A stretch of 64,000 nucleotides of DNA from an uncultured bacterium (GTDB lineage: Bacteria > Eisenbacteria > RBG-16-71-46), in contig CAZIVR010000001.1 in the NCBI GenBank assembly GCA_964542745.1, positions 43,041 to 107,040 of the forward strand. Reading direction: 5' to 3'. Position 1 is the stretch's first letter. The number at the start of each line of letters is the position of its first letter. The notes below the pieces were generated by a model. It had not been told where the DNA came from and did not search any database. It saw nothing but the letters and a program-made list of their open reading frames with translations. Both the position numbers and the translations under genes were made by a program. Shown here piece after piece: positions 48,851-58,700 of the stretch.

Positions 48851-51145
48851 ATGTCGCGACGCTCCCGGCTGCGCCTCCCGACCCTCGCCGTACCCGGTTT
48901 CCGGCGGCCGGAGCCCTTCCCCGAGGACTTCCTGTTCGGGGTCGCCACTTCGGACCACCAGTGCGAGGCCTACGAGCCGCGCTGGGAGGACGTGCGCGAC
49001 CGCTGGGAGCGGCTCGACGGGCGCACGCCGCGCGGGCGGGCCACCGACTTCTGGAACCGTCACCCCGAGGACATCGCGCTGGCGCGCGACCTCGGCTGCC
49101 GCGCGTTCCGCTTCTCGGTGGCGTGGTCCCGGGTGGAGCCCGAGCCCGGGCGCTGGGACCTGGAGGCGCTCGACCACTACCGGAAGCTCGCCGAACGGAT
49201 CGCGGACGCGGGCATGACGCCGATCCTCACGCTCCACCACTTCACGTGGCCGATCCACCTCGAGGATCGCGGCGGAATGACCGCCCCCGAGTTCCCGGTG
49301 TGGTTCGCCGACTACGCCGGGCGCGTGGCGGAGGCGGCGGGCGAGCGGGTGGGCTACTGGATCACGTTCAACGAGCCCACCTACCTGCCGATGGGCTACA
49401 TCAAGCGCTGGGGCGCGCGGTCCTTCCTGATGCCGCCGGGGCTGGGCCGCGCTTCCAGCGACGAGCAGGTGCGGGCCTCGGCGTTCCTGATGCGCAACCT
49501 GTTCCTCGCCCACCGCGAGGCCCGGCTCCGGATCCGCGCCCGGCGGCCGGGCGCGAAGGTGGGCGCCAACCCCTTCGTGCTCGGTTTTCCCGCCGGGGTG
49601 CAGGGATTCCTCGACCGCCGGGCCGCCGCCGCGCGCGAGCCCGAGACGTGGATCCGCCGCGAGCGCCGCCTGCTCGAGGGCTACCCGGACCTGGTGGCCG
49701 GCGTGGTGGACGTGATGTTCGGCGCCTACACCCGCACGCCGGACCGCGAGGCCCAGATGATGTTCTCCGAGGGCTACGCCGAGTCGCGGCCCATGCTGAT
49801 GGTGGCGGACGGCGACCCCGCGCGCGAGGCCTGCGACCTCGAGCACGCCCGCGTCGCCGCGGTGCGCGGGAGCGGCGCGGCCGACGTGGTGCCGCGCTGC
49901 GGCGTGGCGCTGGATCTGAGGTGGGAGCCGAAGCTGGAGCGCTGCCTCGCGCGGCTGCGGCGCGGCGCCGTGCGCGCCGTGCTGAGCGACGACCTGCTGC
50001 TCGCGCCGGTCGCCGAAGCCGAGCCCGGCCGCTGGCGGCTGCTGCCCCTCGACGTGCCGCCCCAGCAGTACGCCGCGGCGGTCGCGCTCAATCGCGAGAG
50101 CCTGCTGCGCGAGGTGGACGAGGCGATCCGCGAGGTGGTCGAGGCGCGTGCCCCCGGGCCGCCCCACGCGCCGGAGCGGCTGGCGCGGCTCGGGACCCCC
50201 GCGCCCGGCGGCGAGGAGGCCTCGGCGCACGCGCCGCCACGGCCCGCGACGACGCGCGAGACCTGGCTCTCGGGCGACCCGGTCGCGGCGGTGCGGCGGC
50301 GCGGCGAGATCGTGGTCGGCCTGCGGCGCGGCGGATCGCCCTTCGCGTGGCGCGATCCCGCGACCGGGGAGTGGCGCGGCCTCGAGGTGGAGATCGCGCG
50401 GGCGCTCGCGCGCAGGCTGTTCGGCGATCCCTCGCGCGTCCGCTTCCTCGCCCTCGACCTGCGCTGGCGTGCCGGCGCCGTGCACAGCTTCTGGCTGTGG
50501 CCGCTCGAGTTCATCCACCGGGTGGTGACGTTGTTCTCGACCGTGGCCAACAGCGACTGGTGGAACCTCGGCATGGCGGGGCGGCTCCCCGGCTTCCTGT
50601 GCCCCGCCGAGTGCGCGGGCCAGATGGACTTCGTGGGCTTCGACTACTACTGGGGCGTGCAGGAGCTGCGCTGGGACCGGATCCGCGGGCTGCTCGACGC
50701 GATCAGCTTCCGGTTCGCGCGCGCCCCGGTCCATCCCGGCGGCCTGCGCCGCCTGCTCGCGCGCTACCAGCGGATGTTCCCGGGGATGGAGATCCTGATC
50801 TTCGAGAACGGCTGCATCGAGCGCGCCGACGGCGTGAGCCGGGAGGAATACCTGCGCACCCACCTGTGGGAGGTGCAGAAGGCGATCGCGGCGGGGATCC
50901 CGGTCACGGGCTACGTGTGCTGGAGCCTCACCTCGAACCGCGAGTGGGGGCTGCCCTTCGGGCCCGACAGCGACTTCGGCCTCTACCACGTGGACCTCGA
51001 CCGCGACCCCGCGCTGAAGCGCGTCGCGACGCCGTCGGCCGAAGCGTTCCGGGAGATCGCGCGCACTCGCGACGCGGTTCCCAGCGAGGGCGAGGCCCTG
51101 CGCGAGTGGATGAGGCGCTTCGGCGTGAGGCGGAAGGGAGGCTAG
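48851..51145 (+). CDS. Glycoside hydrolase family 1 with inserted family-3 solute-binding domain
   Basis: FLFGVATSDHQCE, FRFSVAWSRVEP, TLHHFTWP, TFNEP (acid/base), FVGFDYY, IFENG (nucleophile), WSLTSNREW, FGLY; SBP-like block at about 49700-50470. Confidence 0.9.
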   Translation: MSRRSRLRLPTLAVPGFRRPEPFPEDFLFGVATSDHQCEAYEPRWEDVRDRWERLDGRTPRGRATDFWNRHPEDIALARDLGCRAFRFSVAWSRVEPEPGRWDLEALDHYRKLAERIADAGMTPILTLHHFTWPIHLEDRGGMTAPEFPVWFADYAGRVAEAAGERVGYWITFNEPTYLPMGYIKRWGARSFLMPPGLGRASSDEQVRASAFLMRNLFLAHREARLRIRARRPGAKVGANPFVLGFPAGVQGFLDRRAAAAREPETWIRRERRLLEGYPDLVAGVVDVMFGAYTRTPDREAQMMFSEGYAESRPMLMVADGDPAREACDLEHARVAAVRGSGAADVVPRCGVALDLRWEPKLERCLARLRRGAVRAVLSDDLLLAPVAEAEPGRWRLLPLDVPPQQYAAAVALNRESLLREVDEAIREVVEARAPGPPHAPERLARLGTPAPGGEEASAHAPPRPATTRETWLSGDPVAAVRRRGEIVVGLRRGGSPFAWRDPATGEWRGLEVEIARALARRLFGDPSRVRFLALDLRWRAGAVHSFWLWPLEFIHRVVTLFSTVANSDWWNLGMAGRLPGFLCPAECAGQMDFVGFDYYWGVQELRWDRIRGLLDAISFRFARAPVHPGGLRRLLARYQRMFPGMEILIFENGCIERADGVSREEYLRTHLWEVQKAIAAGIPVTGYVCWSLTSNREWGLPFGPDSDFGLYHVDLDRDPALKRVATPSAEAFREIARTRDAVPSEGEALREWMRRFGVRRKGG

Positions 51146-51182
51146 CGGGGGAGTCCGGCCCGCCGGGCCGGAACCACCCGCG

Positions 51183-51494
51183 CTATCCCGGGGGCAGGGA
51201 TCGCGGGCCGCGGGAGGGCGGCGCCGCGGGCGTTCCCTTCCCGCGGGTCGCGATCCAGCACGCGAGCGTCCAGCTCGGGACGAGATCCACGAAGGGCACC
51301 AGCTCGGCGAGGAACGTGGGCAGGAACGCCCAGTGCCAGCCGATCAGCGCGCTGAGCAGCAGCGCGACCGAAACGTCGAGCACGTTGTTGGCGGGCGAGG
51401 CGAAGCCGGGCCCGAACACCGGGAACACCGCGATCTGGAGCGCGTCGGCGGCGAGCGCCACGAACCAGGCGAGGCGTGGGCGGGGACGGAACAC
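51183..51494 (-). CDS. Small hypothetical membrane protein
   Basis: 103 aa; AADALQI...LIGWHWAFLPTFLAELVPFVDLVPSWT hydrophobic pattern; GTG start. Confidence 0.65.
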   Translation of the reverse strand: MFRPRPRLAWFVALAADALQIAVFPVFGPGFASPANNVLDVSVALLLSALIGWHWAFLPTFLAELVPFVDLVPSWTLACWIATRGKGTPAAPPSRGPRSLPPG

Positions 51495-51703
51495 GCGCGC
51501 ATGATTGGCGCGCGACGGGCGCGGCGCAAGCGGCCGCGCGCGGCGGCCCCGGCGGCGCGCGCCGCCGCCCCCGCGCGTCGCGGCGGCGTGGATCGCGGCC
51601 GCGCGCGTTGCCCCCCCGCCGCATCCCTCCTAGACTCCGGGCATCCAACCCCCGCGTGTCCTCCCCCCACGCGACCCCCGGCCGCCAGGAGACCGCCCGA
51701 TCC

Positions 51704-53209
51704 ATGTCCCGTCCCAGCACCCTCGGTGAACTGAAGGCCTCCGGTTATCGCTCCCGGTCCGTCAAGGACGAGTTGCGCGCCAACGTCATCGCGCGGCTCC
51801 GTTCCGGCGCGCCGCTGTTCCCGGGCATCGTCGGCTACGAGCACACCGTCGAGCCCCAGATCGTGAACGCCCTGCTGTCGCGCCACGACTTCATCCTGCT
51901 CGGTCTGCGCGGCCAGGCCAAGACCCGCCTGCTGCGGGCGCTCGTGCAGTTCCTCGACGAATGGATTCCCGAAGTGGCGGGCTGCCCGCTCCACAGCGAC
52001 CCGTTCCTGCCGCTCACGCACCACGCGCGCGTGCAGCTCGACGCCCACGGCGACGCCACGCCCGTGGCCTGGATCCACCGCGACCAGCGCTACCAGGAGA
52101 AGCTCGCCACGCCCGACGTCACGATCGCCGACCTGATCGGCGACCTCGACCCGATCAAGGCCGCGACGCTCCGGCTCGACTACTCGGACGAGCGCGTCAT
52201 CCACTACGGCATCATCCCGCGCACCAACCGCGGGATCTTCGCGATCAACGAGCTGCCGGACCTCCAGCCGCGCATCCAGGTGGGGCTCCTGAACATGCTC
52301 GAGGAGAAGGATTTCCAGATCCGCGGTTTCCCGGTGCGCATTCCGCTCGACGTGGCGATGGTGTTCTCGGCCAACCCCGAGGACTACACCAACCGCGGCA
52401 ACATCATCACGCCGCTGCGCGACCGCATCAATTCCCAGATCATCACGCACTACCCGCTGACGCGGGAGCAGGGCATGGAGATCACGGCGCAGGAATCGTG
52501 GACGCGCCGGGAGGGCGGCGTGGAGGTGCTGGTGCCCCCCTTCGTGCGGGAGCTGATCGAGGAGGTGGCGATCCAGGCCCGCAAGAGCGAGTACGTGGAC
52601 CAGAACTCGGGCGTGTCGGCCCGGCTCCCGATCGCGCTGATCGAAAACCTGGTCTCCAACGCGGAGCGGCGGGGCCTGGCCACCGGCGAGGCGCGCGTCG
52701 TGACCCGCATCTGCGACCTGCAGAACGCGGTTTCGGCCGTGAGCGGCAAGGTCGAGCTGGTGCTGGAGGGCGAGCAGGAGGGAACGCTCAACGTGGCGCG
52801 CGCGCTGCTCGCCCGGGGCGTGAAGGCGCTCTTCAGCCAGCGCTTCCCCGACGCCTTCAGCCCCAAGCGCCGGCGTTCGCGCTCCGCCGCCGCCGAGGGC
52901 GGGGACGAGCCGCCGGCCGCGTCCGAGTACCGAACCGTGCTCGAGTGGTTCGCGAGCGGCAACCACCTGGAAATCTCGGACGACGTGCCGCAGGCGGAGT
53001 ACGCGGAGCGGCTCACTGAGGTGAAGGGGCTGCGCGAGCTGGCGGCGAAGTACCTGGAGCCGAAGAGCCCCGAGGAGCACGCGGTGGCGATGGAGCTGGT
53101 GCTCGAGGGCCTGCACCAGCATTCGATGCTGTCTCGCGAGCGTACCGGCGAGGCGCGCACGTCGTACAAGGACATGCTGAAGAGCATGCTCACGGGGCTC
53201 GGCGATTGA
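51704..53209 (+). CDS. Magnesium chelatase/MoxR-like AAA+ ATPase
   Basis: ATG 51704; GLRGQAKT Walker A variant, GIFAINELPDL Walker B, SANPEDYTNRG, PLRDR. Confidence 0.88.
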   Translation: MSRPSTLGELKASGYRSRSVKDELRANVIARLRSGAPLFPGIVGYEHTVEPQIVNALLSRHDFILLGLRGQAKTRLLRALVQFLDEWIPEVAGCPLHSDPFLPLTHHARVQLDAHGDATPVAWIHRDQRYQEKLATPDVTIADLIGDLDPIKAATLRLDYSDERVIHYGIIPRTNRGIFAINELPDLQPRIQVGLLNMLEEKDFQIRGFPVRIPLDVAMVFSANPEDYTNRGNIITPLRDRINSQIITHYPLTREQGMEITAQESWTRREGGVEVLVPPFVRELIEEVAIQARKSEYVDQNSGVSARLPIALIENLVSNAERRGLATGEARVVTRICDLQNAVSAVSGKVELVLEGEQEGTLNVARALLARGVKALFSQRFPDAFSPKRRRSRSAAAEGGDEPPAASEYRTVLEWFASGNHLEISDDVPQAEYAERLTEVKGLRELAAKYLEPKSPEEHAVAMELVLEGLHQHSMLSRERTGEARTSYKDMLKSMLTGLGD

Positions 53210-53246
53210 GCGGCCGCGTCCCGGACCCGGGTCCGGAGGAGGGAAG

Positions 53247-53648
53247 ATGCTGAAGCGGCTGCTGGGAGTGATCCTCGGTCTCGTGGTGGGCATGATCGTG
53301 GTGGCGCTGATCGAGGGACTGGGCCACGCGCTGTGGCCGCCGCCCAAGGGCGTGGACCTGCGCGATCCGAAGCAGCTCGCCGCACTCATGCCGAGCCTCC
53401 CCATCGGCGCGCTCCTCGCCGTGGTGGTGGGCTGGGCGCTCGGAGCCTTCGCGGGCGGCTGGATGGCCGCGACGATCTCGCGCGACGCCCGGATGGCGCT
53501 GGCCGTGGGTGCCCTGCTCCTCTGCCTCGGCGTCGTGACGATGATCCAGATCCCGCACCCGCTCTGGATGTGGGTGGTCGGCGTGGCGCTCCCGCTGCCC
53601 GCCGCCTGGCTGGGCTCGAGGTTCACGCCCGCGCCGCCGGGAGCATGA
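53247..53648 (+). CDS. Hypothetical membrane protein
   Basis: GAGGG RBS; 133 aa with about four TM helices. Confidence 0.75.
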   Translation: MLKRLLGVILGLVVGMIVVALIEGLGHALWPPPKGVDLRDPKQLAALMPSLPIGALLAVVVGWALGAFAGGWMAATISRDARMALAVGALLLCLGVVTMIQIPHPLWMWVVGVALPLPAAWLGSRFTPAPPGA

Positions 53649-53666
53649 GGGGAGCTCCCGAGCCCG

Positions 53667-54758
53667 ATGCGCTTCGACTACTCGAAATGGAAGGGCCCGC
53701 GCCCGGACGATCTCCGCTTCCTCAAGCAGATGATGGAGATCTACCGCAACCTGCTGCTCCAGACCGGCGGCGACGCGGACGAGGCGCTCAAGTGGATGGA
53801 GCACTTCGGCGAGCAGTACGGGTTCTTCAACGAGAAGTTCGGCCTCGACGACTTCAAGAAGATGCTCGAGGAGTCGGGCGAGGCCGAGCGCACCCCGCAG
53901 GGCTACCAGGTGACGCCGAAGGGGGAGCGGCGCATCCGGCAGGATTCGCTGAACGAGATCTTCAACACCCTGCAGGCGGGCGGGGCCGGGGACCACCGCA
54001 CGCCTCAGGCGGGCAAGGGCGGCGAGCGCCTGAGCGAGACGCGCGCCTACCAGTTCGGCGACGACCTCGCGAACCTCGATCCGCTGGGATCGGTGAGCAA
54101 CGCCCTGAAGCGCGGGGGCGTGGACGATCTCTCGCTCACCGAGGACGACCTCTCGGTGTTCGAGACCGAGCACCTGTCCTCGTGTGCCACGGTGCTCATG
54201 GTGGACGTGAGCCACAGCATGATCCTGTACGGCGAGGACCGGATCACGCCGGCCAAGAAGATCGCGCTCGCGCTGGCGCAGCTGATCCAGACGCGCTACC
54301 CGAAGGACACGCTCGACGTGGTCCTGTTCGGCGACGACGCGCTGCAGGTGCCGCTCAAGGACCTCATGAAGATCCAGGCCGGGCCCTACCACACCAACAC
54401 TCGCGCCGGGCTCCAGATGGCGAGGCGCATCCTCGAAGGGCGCAAGGGAGTCAACAAGCAGATCTTCATGGTCACCGACGGGAAGCCCTCGGCGATCCGC
54501 GAGTTCGGCCGGATCTACAAGAACCCGTTCGGCCTCGATCCCAAGATCGTGAACAAGACGCTCGAAGAGGCTTCGTACTGCCGCAAGAAGCGCATCACGA
54601 TCACGACCTTCATGCTCGCCACCGACGGGCCGCTGCTGGATTTCGTGAGGAAGCTCACCGAGCTCAACCACGGCCGCATCTACGAGACCGATCCTTCGAA
54701 CGTGGGCGCCTACGTGTTCCGCGACTTCGTGCGGAACCGGAGGAAGCGGCTGCACTGA
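53667..54758 (+). CDS. VWA domain-containing protein
   Basis: MIDAS motif DVSHSM, T (HTNT), D (VTDGKPS). Confidence 0.9.
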   Translation: MRFDYSKWKGPRPDDLRFLKQMMEIYRNLLLQTGGDADEALKWMEHFGEQYGFFNEKFGLDDFKKMLEESGEAERTPQGYQVTPKGERRIRQDSLNEIFNTLQAGGAGDHRTPQAGKGGERLSETRAYQFGDDLANLDPLGSVSNALKRGGVDDLSLTEDDLSVFETEHLSSCATVLMVDVSHSMILYGEDRITPAKKIALALAQLIQTRYPKDTLDVVLFGDDALQVPLKDLMKIQAGPYHTNTRAGLQMARRILEGRKGVNKQIFMVTDGKPSAIREFGRIYKNPFGLDPKIVNKTLEEASYCRKKRITITTFMLATDGPLLDFVRKLTELNHGRIYETDPSNVGAYVFRDFVRNRRKRLH

Positions 54759-54849
54759 CGCCGCGCAGTCGCGACGAAGGCGGTCGCGATCGACGGCGCC
54801 TGCCGGGCGAGCCGGCTCAGCTGATCGCGGCGCGACCGGGCGCACCGGC

Positions 54850-55094
54850 TCCCTCGCTTCGCCCGTGTCGAGCGCGGCCAGAAACACGCCCGGTTCCGCG
54901 TGGCGTCCGCTCCCGTCGCGTCCGTCCCACGCCACTTCCTGCCGTCCGGCTTCGCGGGGCTCATCGAGGATCGCCCGGACGACCCGGCCGGCGGCATCCA
55001 GGATGCGCAGCGTGGTCCGAGCGGGCGAATCCAGTTCGAAGCGAAGCCGAGTTCCCGAACGGGAGAGGGGTGCCGGAAACGCGCTCAGGCGGAG
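54850..55094 (-). pseudogene. Orphan or degenerate FlgD-like CTD fragment (- strand)
   Basis: LRLSAFPAPLSRSGTRLRFELDSPARTTLRILDAAGRVVR...WDGRDGSGRHAEPGVFLAAL; no signal peptide or cargo domain, and no stop at the usual domain end. Confidence 0.5.
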
Positions 55095-55277
55095 CCTCGC
55101 CCGAAGGCCGCCGGCCGCGACATCGGTGGATGCCGTTGCGGAGATCCGGCACACGCGATCGGCAGCGAAGTCGCTCACCTACATCGCTCCGTCCGGTCCA
55201 AGGAGCGGGCGCTCGGCCGGCACCTGCGCGGACGCGGTTTCGGACTCCGCGCGCCGGGGCGGCGACACCGGGCGCAG

Positions 55278-55610
55278 GTGAGTCCATCGTCCTACTGCGA
55301 GCCCGAACTGATTCGGGCACCGGGCGAGGAGCTCGAAGCTGCGAGCCGCTTCGACCTGCGACCGGTGACTCCCAACCCGGCTCCGGGGGTGGTCGAAGTG
55401 CGGTTCAGCCTCCCGCGGCGCGGGAGCGTGTCCCTGACCCTCGTGGATGTCGGCGGTCGAATCGTCGAAAGCGCCGAGCCGGGAAGCCTGGGACCCGGCG
55501 ACCACTCGATTCGGCTCGGCGACGGGTCGCGTCTCGCTCCCGGGTACTACGTCGTGCGCCTGCGGCAGGGCTCCGACATCGCCACCAGGCCGGTGATGAT
55601 CGTTCGCTGA
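55278..55610 (+). CDS. Stand-alone or remnant FlgD-like CTD protein
   Basis: FDLRPVTPNP...FSLPRRGSVSLTLVDVGGRIV...PGYYVVRL...VMIVR*; no cargo domain upstream. GTG start tentative. Confidence 0.5.
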   Translation: MSPSSYCEPELIRAPGEELEAASRFDLRPVTPNPAPGVVEVRFSLPRRGSVSLTLVDVGGRIVESAEPGSLGPGDHSIRLGDGSRLAPGYYVVRLRQGSDIATRPVMIVR

Positions 55611-55799
55611 CGTCGGCGGGCGGGCGGGGGGCCGGCGCGTCCCAAAACTTCGGCCCCCGCCACGGTGGCCCGGCTGGTAGACTTGCCGGCGCGGCGAGCC
55701 TCCCGAAGCGTTCCATCCTGCGCTGACGGACGCTCGCCGCGACCCGCATTCCGGCAGCTCGACTTCCGCGCCTCGCCTCGCACCGATTCCGGAGACCTC

Positions 55800-58700
55800 A
55801 TGCCGCGCTCTCCGCGCCCGCACCATGCCCTGCTGGTCGCCGCCCTGCTGGTTTCGCTCCCGACGACTCCTTCGCCGGCCGCGGTGCTCACGAACTACGT
55901 GCTTCAGTGGGGTTCGTTCGGGTCCGGCAACGGGCAGTTCAACCAGCCGGTCGGGGTCGCGGTGGACTTCAGCGGAAACGTCTACGTCACCGACATGGGC
56001 AACGACCGCGTGCAGGTGTTCAACGGCTCCGGCGTGTGGCAATACAGCTTCGGCGGCACCGGCAGCGGCCCCGGGCAGTTCCTCCGGCCTTACGGCATCT
56101 CGATCAACGGCGGCGACCTGTACGTCGTGGACACCGGCAACTACCGGGTTCAGAAGTTCACGCTGGCGGGTTCGTTCCTGCTCCAGTGGGGTAGCCAGGG
56201 ATCGGGGAACGGCCAATTCCAGCGCCCGCGCGGCGTGGCCGCGAGCGGGACCGGCAGCGTCTTCGTCACCGACGACAGCCTCGACCGCGTGCAGTCGTTC
56301 GACGGGCTGGGCGCGTACCAGTTGCAATGGGGCACGACCGGCAGTTCGCCCGGCGAGTTCCGGGGCCCGAACGGCATCGTGGCCGACGCCGGAGGCGGCG
56401 CGGTGATCGTGGCCGACTCCTCGAACCACCGCATCCAGCGTTTCGACAGCCTGGGGAACCTGCTCAACCTGTGGGGCACCCAGGGCGGCGGGAACGGCCA
56501 GTTTCAGGGCCCGGTCGGGATCGCGTCCACCGGCTTCGAGTATTTCGGTGTGGACACCGGCAACGACCGGATGCAGAAGTTCAACTACTCGTACCTCTAC
56601 GCCACGCAGTGGGGGGGCACGGGGACCGGAAACGGCCAGTTCGTGCGTCCGCATTCGGCGGCCGTGGACGGCAGCTTCATCTACGTAACCGACACCGGGA
56701 ACCATCGCGTGCAGAAGTTCGGCCCGCCCTCCGATGGCGCCTGCGCCACGTGCTTCAGCCCGCCCGAGGGTTGCTGCGCGGCGCTGCCCCAGGTCGGCGG
56801 CCCGTGGACCCGCATCGCCGTCGGGACCCGGGAGTCCGATCCGGGCGGCTCGTGGCCCTACGTGGTGACGATCTTCGATCTCACTTCCACGCCGCTGCCG
56901 CCCGAGGACGCGAACTGGGCGTCCATCACGCGCTACTCCGGCCCCGGGGCGGGCTGGCGTGCGGATTCCCTGGGCAGCGTGTTCGGGCTCACGCTCGACT
57001 CCTACGGGAACATCTTCGTGGCGCACAGCTCGTGCTACGCCAACGACCGGATCGGCCAGGTTTTCGGCGGCGCGCCGGGCGCGATCTACCGCCTCGACGC
57101 CGTTTCCGGCGCGATCTCGACGTTCTGCGTGCTGCCGAACCAGCAGGATCCGATGCTGGCCGTGGGCGACGACTACCCGGGCCTCGGCAACATCACTTAC
57201 GACTGCCAGCACCAGCAGTTCTTCGCCACCAACCTCGAGGACGGGAGGATCTATCGGATCCAGCCCAACGGCGTGAACGGCACGACCGGCAGCGTCGTCG
57301 AGACGTTCGATCCGCTGGCCCCCGACAACGGGCTTCCCGGGTGGGCGGCGGTGGGGGAGCGGCTGTGGGGCGTCCAGGTGCACGGCAATCGCGTGTACTA
57401 CGCGGTGTGGGCGCTCGACCTCGAGTCGGGCAACACGCTCAACGAGATCCGCAGCGTCGGCCTGACGCTCGCGGGCGCGTTCGCCGCCGGAACCGACCAG
57501 CACGAGCTCTGGCTGCCGTTGCTCACCCCCTACGACTTCTCGTTCCCGGTGGCGGACATCAGCTTCTCGAGCCAGGGGCGAATGCTGCTCGGCGAGCGAG
57601 GCATCTCCACGATGTCGTATCCGTATCCGCACTACGCCCGCGCGCTCGAGTACCAGTGCTCGGGCGGCTGCTGGGTGCCGGCCAACGGCTATTCGCTGGG
57701 CGTCGGCAATGGCGAGAACTCCGAAGGCGGCGTGGACTACGACCTGCATCCATTCACCGGCCCGTCCGGCACGATCGGCCGCGTGTGGGTGACGACCGAC
57801 GCCATGCACAGCCCCAGCCAGCCTCCGTACACCGATTACGTGTACGGCTATCAGGGCCTGCGCCCGAACCTGCCCTCGGGGTCCGTGGTCAACAGCATGT
57901 TGATCGACTCGGACGGGGCGACCGTGAACTTCGCCGACAAGTCTCAGAGCGGCGACGTCGAAGTGCCCGGCTGCCCCGTGGTCGAGGTCGGCGCGATCTG
58001 CGGACGCAAGTTCCTCGATGCGAACCGCAACAGCCTCAAAGACCCGGGCGAAAGTTACGCGGGCGGCTGGACGATCCGTGCGACGGGCCCGGGCGGCACC
58101 TACACGACCGTGACGGACGCGAACGGCAACTACTGCTTCACCAATCTCGTGACCGGAACCTGGACCCTGAGCGAGGTCGGCCAGCCCTCGTTCGTCCAGA
58201 CCGCGCCCGCGAGCGTCACCTACAGCGTTTCGCTCGCCGGCGGGCAGACGCTGTTCGGCTACGACTTCGGCAACTACGCCTGCGCCCAGGGCGGCCCGGG
58301 CTGCGTCCAGCCGCCGACCGGCATGTCGGCGTGGTACCCGTTCGCGCCTACGCCCGGCGCGGGCACGACCGCCGCCGACGTCACCCACCTGTCGCCCGCC
58401 CGCAACGCCGCGCAGCTCGTGGGCGGCGCGGCGATCGAGCCGGGCGACCCCGGGAGTTCGGGCGGTCCCGCGAGCTTCGGCGGGCTGCGCCTTGCGACGG
58501 CCGCGGACTACGCCCGCGTGCCCTACGCCGACCAGCTCGACCTCAACTTCGGCACCGGGTCGTTCTCGCTGGACGCCTGGGTTCGCCCCGATCCCGGAAT
58601 CGCTGGCGAGCGCACGATCGTCGAGAAGCGCCACCTCAACTCGTCCTCGCCGTATCGCATGCTCGGCTGGGCCCTCTACCTCGACGGCCAGCAACTCACG

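Noticed and set aside
55623-55661. Imperfect inverted repeat after the orphan CTD
   Set aside because: 16-nt loop, a bulge and no U-tract; G/C-run complementarity is expected by chance at this GC content.
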